Both the position numbers and the translations under genes were made by a program. Source: a virus (taxonomy: Duplodnaviria > Caudoviricetes). From it: a DNA stretch of 56,870 nucleotides. The stretch covers positions 1 to 56,870 of IMG/VR virus record IMGVR_UViG_3300037470_000663. One strand, given 5' to 3'. This document shows, piece after piece, positions 36,165 through 45,504 of the stretch (position 1 is the first letter of the stretch; each line of letters begins with the position of its first letter). The notes under the pieces were generated by a model that worked only from the letters and a program-made list of their open reading frames with translations, was not told where the DNA came from and ran no database searches.

Positions 36165-37550
36165 TTACGCCTTGTGGGCAGCGGCGGGCAGTTCTACACC
36201 ACGGCCGTCTTTGTGTGCCCCGTTGGGCTGCTCTTGATTCTCGTCTTCATCGGTGGTCTGGCGGCCGCCGGGGAACTTGGCCTTACCAATCGTTCGCCAG
36301 CTTTCAGTCATGGCTTTAATTTCCGCCAGTGAAGACCGTTCCAGGATGCCTTTATAGGTTTCCTGCTGGAAATCGTTACCAAGTGCCCGCGTGCCTTCCA
36401 GCAACGCCGCCTCAACGAGGTCGGCGCGGTAGGTGCGGCCGTCGTCGGCCAGCGGCCGTAGGCGCTCCAGGTCGGTGGCAATCTTCGCCACACGGGTGGC
36501 CAGGTCATCGCCTTCCACGGATTCGGGCACGGCCGTGCGGGCCGATTCCAGCTCGCTGCGGGCATCACTGCCGCGCTTGATGAGCTGACGAATGCCACCG
36601 GCAACGGGTGTGCTGTCGTCAATACCAGCCTCGGTCAGGGCCGCCCGCGCCTCTTTCACAATCTCTTCGTAATTCATAGACCTATCTCCTATGGGGGAAT
36701 TGGGGGCGGGAATTTCTTTGCCCCGACCGGCCGTGTTCTCGTTGGTGGATCTGACCGGCTTGTCTTCTAAATCCGACACGGGGAATGATTTCCGCGTCGG
36801 TAACTGAACTTTGTAACGCAGCTCGATGGCAGCTACGGTTTCGGGCTCTAGCTCGCCGTGGCGGGCCAGCTCCTCAGCTTTGCGCATCATGGCTCCCGGC
36901 GTTGCCCCGTCGTAGACCACGCTGTGCTCCGCCAGATGAGCGCCATCAATGCTGACGGTACAAACCACAATGCGGTCGCCCTGTTCGCCCAAGGCGTACT
37001 CGATGCCGGCAAAATGGGGGCATTCGTTGTAGCGACGGTAATTGCCGCCGCAGATGTCACAGGTCCAACGGCCGCCATAAAAACCCACACTGATGTCGCG
37101 GGCCAGTTTGGCGCGGGCGGCGCGAATGAAATCATCGGTGCTGGCATAAGTGAGGCCGCCACCGAATTGAATGCCGGGGATGGTGTAGGTACCCAGCACC
37201 GCCCGCTTGACCACGTCGTCGGGGGTGAAGGCGAGCTGGGCGTTGGGGTTGTCCAGCTTGTACTGGGGGCGCTGGCTGTTGTCGATTTCAAAACGGCCAT
37301 CGAAGGTACGGCCGTATCCCAGATTCATGCTGTTGTGGCTGTCGAGGAACTGCACGCCCTCGGCCGCTTCAGCGGCGAAATTCCGCAGCGTGCTCTCCAG
37401 CATGTGAGTGAAGTAAAAATCCAGGTTGTTGTTGCTGGATACGGTTTCAAAGATGAAGGGGTCTGGCAGGTCATCGGGCAGGCCAGCGACCTGCCGCAGG
37501 TCTACGGCCGTGATGCGGGCGCGAATGGTATGCTCGGCTTGTTGGGTCAT
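36165..37550 (-). CDS. Prohead protease-scaffold fusion
   Basis: LDSH, DISVGF, CDICG...CPH, EHSVVYDGA.PGA; coiled-coil C-terminus. Confidence 0.82.
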   Translation of the reverse strand: MTQQAEHTIRARITAVDLRQVAGLPDDLPDPFIFETVSSNNNLDFYFTHMLESTLRNFAAEAAEGVQFLDSHNSMNLGYGRTFDGRFEIDNSQRPQYKLDNPNAQLAFTPDDVVKRAVLGTYTIPGIQFGGGLTYASTDDFIRAARAKLARDISVGFYGGRWTCDICGGNYRRYNECPHFAGIEYALGEQGDRIVVCTVSIDGAHLAEHSVVYDGATPGAMMRKAEELARHGELEPETVAAIELRYKVQLPTRKSFPVSDLEDKPVRSTNENTAGRGKEIPAPNSPIGDRSMNYEEIVKEARAALTEAGIDDSTPVAGGIRQLIKRGSDARSELESARTAVPESVEGDDLATRVAKIATDLERLRPLADDGRTYRADLVEAALLEGTRALGNDFQQETYKGILERSSLAEIKAMTESWRTIGKAKFPGGRQTTDEDENQEQPNGAHKDGRGVELPAAAHKA

Positions 37551-37572
37551 ATTTCCCTCTTGGCAAATGACC

Positions 37573-37617
37573 AAAAAAAACGGCGCAAGAAACCTTTGAA
37601 GGTTTTCTTACGCCGTT
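37573..37617 (-). terminator. Intrinsic terminator-like hairpin just upstream of the protease RBS
   Basis: CGGCG..AGAAAACCT/AGGTTTCTT..CGCCG stem followed by T8 on the - strand. Confidence 0.7.
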
Positions 37618-37689
37618 ATCGTTTCGGATCAGGGCTAAAACTATTCAGTTGCGCTTCAGGAGCGCAGTTTCCTGCGCCGTCTTGTTGAC

Positions 37690-37718
37690 ATATTACATCA
37701 ATCGAACATCCGTGTCAA
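37690..37718 (-). promoter_or_regulatory. Sigma70-like promoter facing the head genes
   Basis: TTGACA-17-TAATAT on the - strand. Confidence 0.55.
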
Positions 37719-37779
37719 TTACCGGGTTCGAGTTTGGCTCACTCCCCGCGCCCGTTTTTGTCACATTTTTACCTGGTGC

Positions 37780-38356
37780 CCTCGCCACATCCAACGATGC
37801 GGACGTCTAACTTGACACCATCGCCAGAATCGGCGATACTTACCGGCGCCCATCGTCACAAACAACGATGAGATCCCATCGTCACAAATGACGAGCATCG
37901 AGCATCGTCAAAACCGGCGATAGGATCCGGAAAAGGAAACAATCATGATAGAACTCGGCAGATACAACGGCGGAAAAGGCAACGTATTCCGGCAGATCAT
38001 CAATGAGATGCCGCCCCACAAAACGTATGTTGAAGCGTTTGTTGGTGGCGGCTCCGTGGCCCTCAACAAACTTCCGGCTCAACGCAACATCCTGATAGAC
38101 AAAGACCCGGAAGTGATCGAGACTTGGCTGAGCCACCTCGCCACAAATGACGCTGCTGCAGCAACGTCACAAATGACGATGCGATATCCCCTCGTCACAA
38201 ACGGCGATAACCTCGACGACCTCGCCAATTTCAACGATGCTGCACCATCATCAAATCTAACGATGCCAGCTGTCACCGCCATTCCCAGCGATAGCACCCG
38301 GGCAACTATCGTCAAAAATGACGATGCCTCCGGGCACATCGTCACCTTCGACGATG
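37780..38356. repeat. Array of 13 imperfect 20-bp palindromes (consensus CMTCGYCA-N4-YRRCGATR)
   Basis: Starts at 37780, 37819, 37851, 37877, 37903 (upstream of gene) and 38136, 38162, 38190, 38220, 38246, 38274, 38307, 38337 (inside gene). Confidence 0.93.
37812..37840 (+). promoter_or_regulatory. Sigma70 promoter of the methyltransferase, overlapped by repeat 2
   Basis: TTGACA (37812)-17-GATACT (37835). Confidence 0.7.
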
Positions 38357-38850
38357 ACACCAGGTACGAACTTTACTGCGCCGATGCCCTGCAACTCCTG
38401 CCCCATTTGGGCCTGGGTCACGATGCCCTGGTCTATGCCGACCCGCCTTACCTTCTCAGCACCCGAACTGAGAAACGGCCGTTGTATCGCTACGAAATGG
38501 GCGAAGAGTGGGAACATGAGATGATGATAGGTGCTTTTGACAAGCTGCCCTGCAAGATTATGATTTCCGGCTACTGGTCCGGCCTCTACGCTGGTTTGAT
38601 GAAAGACGGTTGGCGCAATTTTGATTACACCGCCTACGACCGGCAGAACCGGCCCCGGCAAGAATACGTTTGGTGCAACTTCCCCGAACCTTCCCGCCTG
38701 CATGATTACACATTCATTGGTGACAACTTCCGCGAACGCGAACGGATAAAAAGAAAAGCGGCCCGTTGGGTGGGCCGCTTTGAAAATCTGCCAGCATTAG
38801 AACGCCGGGCGATCCTTGAGCAGCTAGACGCTGCTGGGGTGCTAGATTAG
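37945..38850 (+). CDS. Dam/D12-class N6-adenine DNA methyltransferase with repeat-encoded insertion
   Basis: YNGGKG, YVEAFVGGGSV (motif I), YADPPY (motif IV), MISGY, QEYVWCNF; opposite strand to its neighbours. Confidence 0.9.
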   Translation: MIELGRYNGGKGNVFRQIINEMPPHKTYVEAFVGGGSVALNKLPAQRNILIDKDPEVIETWLSHLATNDAAAATSQMTMRYPLVTNGDNLDDLANFNDAAPSSNLTMPAVTAIPSDSTRATIVKNDDASGHIVTFDDDTRYELYCADALQLLPHLGLGHDALVYADPPYLLSTRTEKRPLYRYEMGEEWEHEMMIGAFDKLPCKIMISGYWSGLYAGLMKDGWRNFDYTAYDRQNRPRQEYVWCNFPEPSRLHDYTFIGDNFRERERIKRKAARWVGRFENLPALERRAILEQLDAAGVLD

Positions 38851-38858
38851 TCAACCTC

Positions 38859-39086
38859 CTATACACCATCACGGCCGTTGGCGTCACCTGGCGCTGCCCG
38901 CCGCTCCTCCCGGCTAAACACGGACCGCTCTTCTGGCTTCAGCAGCCCCATGTCTACCAATTCGCGCTCCAGGTCAATCATACTGGCGCGCAGATTGCGG
39001 TAGGTAGCCAGCAGCCGGCGGCCGCTCGGCTGGGCGGTTGATTGCGACTGCGATGCTTGACGGATGACGCGGGATTGTAGGGTCAA
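38859..39086 (-). CDS. Hypothetical protein
   Basis: Coupled overlap with the upstream gene. Confidence 0.55.
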   Translation of the reverse strand: MTLQSRVIRQASQSQSTAQPSGRRLLATYRNLRASMIDLERELVDMGLLKPEERSVFSREERRAAPGDANGRDGV

Positions 39087-39376
39087 TGCGGCCGTTGCTC
39101 CTCTGTAAATGTCGCCTTTCGGAGAGGGAAGGAGGGTTCAACAAGTACCGGACCGTGACCAGTCGCAACGGCGACAACTTCATTCCTTATCATGTCAAGT
39201 ACAACAATATCGCCGGTGCTCAAATCGGCCTCCGTGCGAAAAACGTATTCATCAGGGTCGCCTTCTCTGCGGGCGCGCAATGTTGCATTCTCAGCGTCCA
39301 AATAAACAAGATCGCCTTTATATTTTCTCATAACGGCCGTTTCTCCTCGCCAGCGGTCGCGGCTGCCGCTGTCCAC
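39083..39376 (-). CDS. Hypothetical protein (start probably near 39331)
   Basis: Operon packing. Confidence 0.55.
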   Translation of the reverse strand: MDSGSRDRWRGETAVMRKYKGDLVYLDAENATLRARREGDPDEYVFRTEADLSTGDIVVLDMIRNEVVAVATGHGPVLVEPSFPLRKATFTEEQRPH

Positions 39377-39549
39377 AATTCTGACAGCTCATCCACGGAG
39401 AGCGGCCGTAGTTCTACCGACGGCCGTTCAAACAACAGGCGGTAATTCTCACAGTTGGCATTTGGGCAAAACACAACAGCGTCCTTCCGCCACTGCATGA
39501 CACAACCGCACGCGGGGCATTCCACGTTCAGGTGAAGGGTTGCTCTCAT
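39328..39549 (-). CDS. Zinc-ribbon protein
   Basis: CPACG...CPNANC; GAGGAG RBS. Confidence 0.65.
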   Translation of the reverse strand: MRATLHLNVECPACGCVMQWRKDAVVFCPNANCENYRLLFERPSVELRPLSVDELSELWTAAAATAGEEKRPL

Positions 39550-39714
39550 AACGGCCGTTGCTCCTCATTCCCACGCGGCTTCTGTTCACGGCCGTCGCCG
39601 GGCTTCTGTTCGCGGGGTGGGGCGGGTGGCACGTCCTCAATATGGCCGCAAAGCAGACACATGCGGGCGTCCACAAATTCATTCAGTCGTCCCCGCCGTT
39701 TGACGGCCGTCCAA

Positions 39715-40053
39715 TCATGATCGCATTTTGTCACCAGATGCCTCCTCCGGCCGTAGCCGCTCCATCTCATTCTGCAGCGCCGCAATCCAGACACGCCCCG
39801 CCACTTCCAGCAGCTGCGGCCACAATACTGGCTGTTTGACGGCCGCCTTAGCCAGCGGGACCAGCGTCACAAACTCGCTGCCGTCGCTGAAATAGGTGCG
39901 GCAAACAAAGCCGACGGTGTGCGCTCCTGGCAGGCGAAAGCCCAACTTGTCGGCGTCGGCGTTGTTCCAGACCAGCGTGCAGGCCACGTCATAGGTCTGC
40001 TCGATCTGCTGGGCCACGGCAACGGCCGCTTCACGCAGGGACAAAACGCTCAT
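39715..40053 (-). CDS. Hypothetical protein
   Basis: ATGA coupling to the glycosyltransferase gene. Confidence 0.6.
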   Translation of the reverse strand: MSVLSLREAAVAVAQQIEQTYDVACTLVWNNADADKLGFRLPGAHTVGFVCRTYFSDGSEFVTLVPLAKAAVKQPVLWPQLLEVAGRVWIAALQNEMERLRPEEASGDKMRS

Positions 40054-40718
40054 TGGGTCACCTTTTGCGCCTGCACATGTCGCCAGCCCAGCGAAATGGC
40101 GGCAATGTGGTCAATGTGCACGGCCGTATCCACCGCCAGTGTAAAGCCCAGCTGCCGCGCCCGGCGGCAAAAGGGCGTATCGTCGGTTTCCCGGCCGTAG
40201 CCGTAGTTGAAAAAGTACGTCTCATCAATCCCGCCAGGTGCCAGCATCCGCTCAAACACCCGCCGCCGGATGAGGGTAAAGGCCAGGCCAACGGTATCCA
40301 CCGGAATGACCCGCCCCAAATGAAAGCGGGTAATGCGGTCAAACTTCTCGCACCCGTTGCCCGGCTGCTCTTCGGCCAGACGCAGCAGCACCGGCACCGG
40401 CGGCAGCTCGCGGGTGGTGCAGAGGGCGAAAACGATGTCGTAGCCAAAGCTGGCCTCGTTTGCGCGCAAACGTTCCAGGGCGTCGGTCGGAAATTCCATG
40501 TCGTCGTCAATCATCAGCAGCGTGTCGCACTCCGATTTGAGGAATTGGCGCGCCAGGAAATCGGCCGCCCAGTGTGCCGGGCTGTAGGCGCTGGGAGCCA
40601 GCACCACGTCACCATCGCGCAGGGCCTCGACGATGAGGCCCGTCCAGGCAGCAAAGAAAGCTGGTTCCGGGTGCTTGTTGAGGCGGCAGCCGACGGCGAT
40701 ACGGCCGAAGTCAGTCAC
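40050..40718 (-). CDS. GT-A fold (family 2-like) glycosyltransferase
   Basis: LLMIDDDM (DxD), VGLAFTLIRRRVFE, TDDTPFCRRA...G..L.VD....H. Confidence 0.82.
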   Translation of the reverse strand: MTDFGRIAVGCRLNKHPEPAFFAAWTGLIVEALRDGDVVLAPSAYSPAHWAADFLARQFLKSECDTLLMIDDDMEFPTDALERLRANEASFGYDIVFALCTTRELPPVPVLLRLAEEQPGNGCEKFDRITRFHLGRVIPVDTVGLAFTLIRRRVFERMLAPGGIDETYFFNYGYGRETDDTPFCRRARQLGFTLAVDTAVHIDHIAAISLGWRHVQAQKVTQ

Positions 40719-40934
40719 TGACCGATACCTCGCCGCATTGACAACGCTGCTGACCATTGGCAACAAAATGATCGTTGTCGGCGCATCCAAAAAGGGCAAG
40801 TCTGGGGAGTTTCTGCGCGCGCTCGGCTATCTCCCGCGTGAGCTTCAGTAGCGTATCGGGGTCCATCTCCTTTAATACCTCGCCCAGCTCGGTGATGTCA
40901 ATCGGCCTAAACTCGATCTTAATGTCACTCTTTT

Positions 40935-41894
40935 TCATCCCGCCCAAACCTCCTCTGGTAATTCCCACCCGGCTACGTCCGGCAAATAATAACAGTTGCA
41001 ATTAGGGTGCTGCGGCAACAGATCGAACCAGACACGGCCGTTGCTCGCCCGCATCCGCTGCCCCTCGTACGGTGCACAGATGGGGCAGGGGGCACCGGCC
41101 GTCTTGTAAATCATGTACTCGACATCGTTGCGGGCGTAGGTGGTGCCCAGCCCCTTGCGGCTCCAGCTCACCACCTCGGCGGCGGCGATGTTGCCCGTCC
41201 GCTGCAAAACACGGCCGCTGATGTAAATATTCAGCAGCCCATTCAGCGCCCCTTCGGTCAAGCCGTCAGCCCGGCCGCCCGCAATCTGCCGCGCCAGGTC
41301 ATTGGCCGTGGTGTTGGTCAGGCTGACGCGGGCAAAGGGATCGGTGTAGGAAACGGCCGTTTCCGCAATCGTTTCCAGCAGCGCCTCATCCCGCAGATTA
41401 AACGCCAGGCCGCTGCCCGCCCCGGCTGAGCTTGCCGAAGTCAGCAGCTCCAGCGCCAGCGTGCCGCCGACGTTGAACGCCTGGGTAAAATGCCGCTCCA
41501 GCGTGTCGGCCAGGCTGCCGGTTCGGGCGATACCGGCGGGGGTGGTGAACTCGCCCCGGATCCACTCGGCCAGCGCGTCACGGTCCAGCTCGGGCACGGC
41601 CGTCAGGCCATCGCGCAATGGCCAGCGGTAGGTGTCGTAGATGGGCACGCGCAGGGCGTTGGTGAAAGCGGATTCAGCGCGCAGCTCTTGGATGGTCTGT
41701 CCACCGTCGCCCAGTTGGCGCGTTCCGGCCAGGGGTAGGGCGGCCGTGAGGGAGTGGTGCAGCTGTTCCAGGTGGGTGAAGGGGAAGATACGGCCGTTTG
41801 TGCCCACAAACAGTTCCTTGCTGCCTGAGTGCATTCGGACCATCCTCCCGGCGTTGACTGGGCCGCCGCTTTTGCGGCCGTTTTGGTCAGTCAT
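40935..41894 (-). CDS. Mu gpF/SPP1 gp7-like minor head protein
   Basis: CPICAPYEG...LPQHPNCNC; downstream of portal. Confidence 0.85.
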   Translation of the reverse strand: MTDQNGRKSGGPVNAGRMVRMHSGSKELFVGTNGRIFPFTHLEQLHHSLTAALPLAGTRQLGDGGQTIQELRAESAFTNALRVPIYDTYRWPLRDGLTAVPELDRDALAEWIRGEFTTPAGIARTGSLADTLERHFTQAFNVGGTLALELLTSASSAGAGSGLAFNLRDEALLETIAETAVSYTDPFARVSLTNTTANDLARQIAGGRADGLTEGALNGLLNIYISGRVLQRTGNIAAAEVVSWSRKGLGTTYARNDVEYMIYKTAGAPCPICAPYEGQRMRASNGRVWFDLLPQHPNCNCYYLPDVAGWELPEEVWAG

Positions 41895-42145
41895 GATTCA
41901 CTATTCCCACCATGCTCTTGCCGCACGTGTTCAAGCGCCCGCGCCGCCTGTTCGGCCGTCAACAGTCCGGCCGTTTGCAGCTCACCGCCGGCCCATTTTG
42001 CAATGTCCACCTCGCTGGCACCGGCCTGGCGCATGGCGTTTGAGGTTACGGCCAGGCGTTTAAGCACGGCCGTTATCTGGGCGGTCCGCGCATTGACCTG
42101 GGCGGTGATGAGGTCGTTAAAGGAACGGCCGTTTGGGTCAGTCAT
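41891..42145 (-). CDS. Hypothetical protein
   Basis: Coupled; AAGGAG RBS. Confidence 0.6.
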   Translation of the reverse strand: MTDPNGRSFNDLITAQVNARTAQITAVLKRLAVTSNAMRQAGASEVDIAKWAGGELQTAGLLTAEQAARALEHVRQEHGGNSES

Positions 42146-42401
42146 TAATCAGCTCCTTCAGTCGCGCTTTGATTTCCTCATCACTCAGCGCCGGGCACGG
42201 CCGCGCCCTCACGTTTTCTTTTGGCGGGTGGGTAACTATCCAAATTACTTCGTAAAGTGCCCGGCGCATGGCGGCGTGTTCTATTTGCTGCCTGTACTCG
42301 CTATCGAATCCACTGACGTGCTGGGACAGGTCAATATCATCCACTTTTATTGCCCCAGACATCCCCTCTAAATCTATTACCACGCATCTCGCCACACTCA
42401 T
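42138..42401 (-). CDS. Hypothetical protein
   Basis: ATGA coupling to portal. Confidence 0.55.
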   Translation of the reverse strand: MSVARCVVIDLEGMSGAIKVDDIDLSQHVSGFDSEYRQQIEHAAMRRALYEVIWIVTHPPKENVRARPCPALSDEEIKARLKELIND

Positions 42402-44098
42402 CTCTTACCATTCCCATTCGATCCCATCTCGCCAACGGCCGCCCGCATGTCGCGCAGCACATCGCCATCATAAAGCTCGTCCAGGTGCATCTCCGTTTCC
42501 ATCAATCGTCGATTGACACCATCCAGATGGCGCAAAAAGGCGTCGCCAGTAACGGCCGTTTCCACCGCCCGCCGCGCCTCCCGGATTTCTTTTAATAAAA
42601 CACCGCGCTCGTTGCCATCACCGTCATCTTGCACAATATCGGCCGCGCCCGTCAGCTCTAGCACTCGCGGCGCTGGCTGGTCGGCATCGTGACCGGTGAT
42701 CTCTTGTGAGGCCGCGTCCTGGCTAATCCATCCCGCATTGTATTTGGTGCGAGCGTTGGCAATCAGCATCTGCTCAGTCATCGCATCGCGCAGCATCTCG
42801 GCCGCCCGCAGCTCGGCGAATCTAAATTTGACCGTCGCCTGAATCCCCTGAGCTTGCAGCGCCAGGCCCAGCAGATGCTCCAACATCGTCTCGCATAGGT
42901 GTTGGACGCTCTTGATACCGGCCGCCTGGATCTCCCACTGTCGATTCGAGCTCTGCTCCGTGCCGGAACTGTCGATGCCCAACAGCAGCGGCATTTGTTT
43001 CATCGCCCGCGCCGCCATACGCTCCAGTTTGGTGATGAGTGTGTCTATCATTCCCAATGCCTGCGCCCCCAGCGCGCCGACGGTGTCATTGACCTTGATC
43101 GTGTTGGCGTGCACGTAGGCGTCATCTGGCTCCAGGCTGGCGTACACTCTGTCGATTTCGCTGATAACGGCCGTCACCCAATCCTCGAATCCCTCCGTGC
43201 CCGGCTGGGCGTCATCGGGGGCCATGGCTGCCAGCGCCTCAAAATCCACTTCCAGATCAAGGCGTGGCCAACCCTGTTGAGCGACCACCCGCCGTAGGTC
43301 ATGGAGGATGCCGATTAAAAACAGACTTGTGTGCAGGGCAGGGGAGACGATGGCCCGGCCGTAGGGTTTGCCAGGGGCGGGGTCGATGGGCACATAGCGT
43401 ACCGTCGGCCGGTCTAGCGGCGTCCACTGCGATCCCTGGTACTGACCCAGCTGCCAGACCGTGCCTAGCTGGGCGTGTTTGATTCTGGCAAAGCGGGCGG
43501 AGTAGGGGTCGGGCGTGGCGATGTTGAGGGGGAGACGGCCGTTTTCGTCCAATACCAGCTCAGCCATAAACGCCCCGCGCAGGAACGCGCCGGCGAACAG
43601 GGTATTGATGACCGTGTCGAACGGCACCGCCAGCGGTTCGGCGTAAATGCCGGGTAGGGCGGTCAGGAATTGTTTCAGCACGGCCGTGGCCCGCTCGTCC
43701 GGCTCGTCGCGGCCGGGACGGACGGCCGTCACTTCCCAGCCCGGATTGCACAGCCGCAGCCAGTTCCACAGCCCGGCGCTGACCTCTGGCGATAAATCTA
43801 CCAGCAGCTCCAGCAGGCGCGCCGGTGACATATGGCTGAGGGTTTTGCTGTCGAGGTTCAGCGTGCGCCAGGCGGTATCTGCGTCAGGCGGTGCCTCGAT
43901 GGTGGTGGTGACGGCCTGGAAATCGTACAGGCGGTCTACGGAAATGCGGCCGCCAGCCATGGCCCGGAGTGCGGCCGTGTTGGGGGTTTGTTTACGGCCG
44001 TTTGCGGCCGTGTCAGTGCTGGGGTGTGTGCGTACGGCCGTTTGCGGCGGCCGGGGTTGCAGCCAGGCTCCTTGTCGAATGGTGTCAAATAGTCCCAT
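42398..44098 (-). CDS. Portal protein
   Basis: 566 aa directly after the large terminase; PYGR, P.LLG, GWIS..A motifs. Confidence 0.85.
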   Translation of the reverse strand: MGLFDTIRQGAWLQPRPPQTAVRTHPSTDTAANGRKQTPNTAALRAMAGGRISVDRLYDFQAVTTTIEAPPDADTAWRTLNLDSKTLSHMSPARLLELLVDLSPEVSAGLWNWLRLCNPGWEVTAVRPGRDEPDERATAVLKQFLTALPGIYAEPLAVPFDTVINTLFAGAFLRGAFMAELVLDENGRLPLNIATPDPYSARFARIKHAQLGTVWQLGQYQGSQWTPLDRPTVRYVPIDPAPGKPYGRAIVSPALHTSLFLIGILHDLRRVVAQQGWPRLDLEVDFEALAAMAPDDAQPGTEGFEDWVTAVISEIDRVYASLEPDDAYVHANTIKVNDTVGALGAQALGMIDTLITKLERMAARAMKQMPLLLGIDSSGTEQSSNRQWEIQAAGIKSVQHLCETMLEHLLGLALQAQGIQATVKFRFAELRAAEMLRDAMTEQMLIANARTKYNAGWISQDAASQEITGHDADQPAPRVLELTGAADIVQDDGDGNERGVLLKEIREARRAVETAVTGDAFLRHLDGVNRRLMETEMHLDELYDGDVLRDMRAAVGEMGSNGNGKR

Positions 44099-44109
44099 GA
44101 TTACCTTCC

Positions 44110-45504
44110 TTATCCTCTGGGCTGCCAGCCCTTTGTCTTGCCCTGGGCAAATGTGCCCACCTTGCGGGTTTCGGTCAGTTCGCCAAATCCGCCGCTACAA
44201 CAATCGCGCACATCCCACAGGCCATCCGGTGTATTGTGCATGATAGATAAAAAACGATCATTCCAATCGGCACGCAGCAGCCAGACGTTGCGCGCCTTCA
44301 CCTGCGAGGCAAACGGCCGGAAACGGTCCAGCTTGTCTCCCGTCGGCCGCACCCCGGCGCAGTTCAGCCCGGCCATCTTCTTGGCCAGCGATGCCGAGGT
44401 GCGCTTGCCGCTGCTACCGCCCTCCTCCTCCCAGCGCTGTTTGATTGCACGGCCGTCCTGTCGAGCAATAGATACGGCGTGGTCATCCACCTGTGCCGGG
44501 CCGATCCAATCTTCAGTCATGTCAATTATACCGTACCCACCGCTGGCATCCTTGCATATCTTGACTGAAGCCGTGGCCGCGCCGAGCCTGACCTTTTTCT
44601 CGCTGGCGGCAAAGTCCCAGAAGCGTACGACCTCAGTGATTTGCGGTAGCTGGTCAATGACATAAAACCAGCTGCGGTCGATGACGTTGCCCGCTTGCGG
44701 CCGTATCTTATGGTTGCCGCGCAGCAGCCGCTCCTGCTCTACCAGGTTCAGGCCGTGCAGCTTGGCCAGGTAGGTGGGATCGGTTTGCAGGAGGATTTGA
44801 TTATCCTCCACAAATGAGGGGATGAAGGTAAAAGAGAGTGGGGGGATGCCGGGCCAGGCGGCCAGGGCCTCTTCTTTACTGTCGTACCAGTGCAGTTTGT
44901 CGCGCACGTTGACGAACCAGCGGATAATGCCCGCTTTCGTCAGGTCAGGGTACTCGCCATTTTCATCCAGATACCAGTCGACAAATTCATGCAGCCAGCC
45001 GCCAACGGGATCGTCAGACGGCACGGGGTTGTAGCTGAGGCGGATGTAGGGTGCGATGCCGCAGGTGGAGCGCGAACGGCTGAACATGTAAAAAATCTGT
45101 GACCGGGTAAACGTTTCACCCTGGTCGTAGAGCTGCAAGGGGATCTGCGCGCCCAGCCAGTTTTCTTTGCTCTTTTCGTGCTGCATGTGGGAGAAGCTGA
45201 TGGTATTGCCGTATGGCGGGAACTTGAAGTCCAGGTTAGGCGACTGCCGGTTTTTGGCTCCGAGTGGCGTGTACAGCGAAACGGCCGTATCCCATGGCCC
45301 GCCCTCTGTGGTGATTTGGGGCGATTCGCGCCGGAAAAACACCGCGCCGAAACCTTTGGTGGTCATGATATGGCGCAGCGGCTCCATGAGCAGGGCGTAG
45401 GTTTTACCGCCGCCAGCTGCGCCGCCGAAAAACACGACGTCGGCCGATGAGGAATGGAACGCCTCCTGCGGGCCGAGCTGCGGGCAGATGTCGGTGCGTA
45501 TCAT
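44110..45504 (-). CDS. terL: Terminase large subunit
   Basis: Walker A GGAAGGGKT, SRSRS, NP, RFWDFA nuclease motif, EEEGGSSGK, DVRD. Confidence 0.93.
   Translation of the reverse strand: MIRTDICPQLGPQEAFHSSSADVVFFGGAAGGGKTYALLMEPLRHIMTTKGFGAVFFRRESPQITTEGGPWDTAVSLYTPLGAKNRQSPNLDFKFPPYGNTISFSHMQHEKSKENWLGAQIPLQLYDQGETFTRSQIFYMFSRSRSTCGIAPYIRLSYNPVPSDDPVGGWLHEFVDWYLDENGEYPDLTKAGIIRWFVNVRDKLHWYDSKEEALAAWPGIPPLSFTFIPSFVEDNQILLQTDPTYLAKLHGLNLVEQERLLRGNHKIRPQAGNVIDRSWFYVIDQLPQITEVVRFWDFAASEKKVRLGAATASVKICKDASGGYGIIDMTEDWIGPAQVDDHAVSIARQDGRAIKQRWEEEGGSSGKRTSASLAKKMAGLNCAGVRPTGDKLDRFRPFASQVKARNVWLLRADWNDRFLSIMHNTPDGLWDVRDCCSGGFGELTETRKVGTFAQGKTKGWQPRG

Noticed and set aside
37702-37716. LexA box near the late promoter
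   Set aside because: Only a half match to GAAC-N4-GTTC.
37780-38356. CRISPR array interpretation of the 20-bp repeats
   Set aside because: Repeats are degenerate, spacers are only 6-19 bp, most units lie in an open frame, and no cas genes are present.
45110-45135. Terminase Walker B reads YDQGE rather than DE, suggesting inactivation
   Set aside because: A Glu lies two residues later and all other motifs are intact; cannot be called defective without an alignment.
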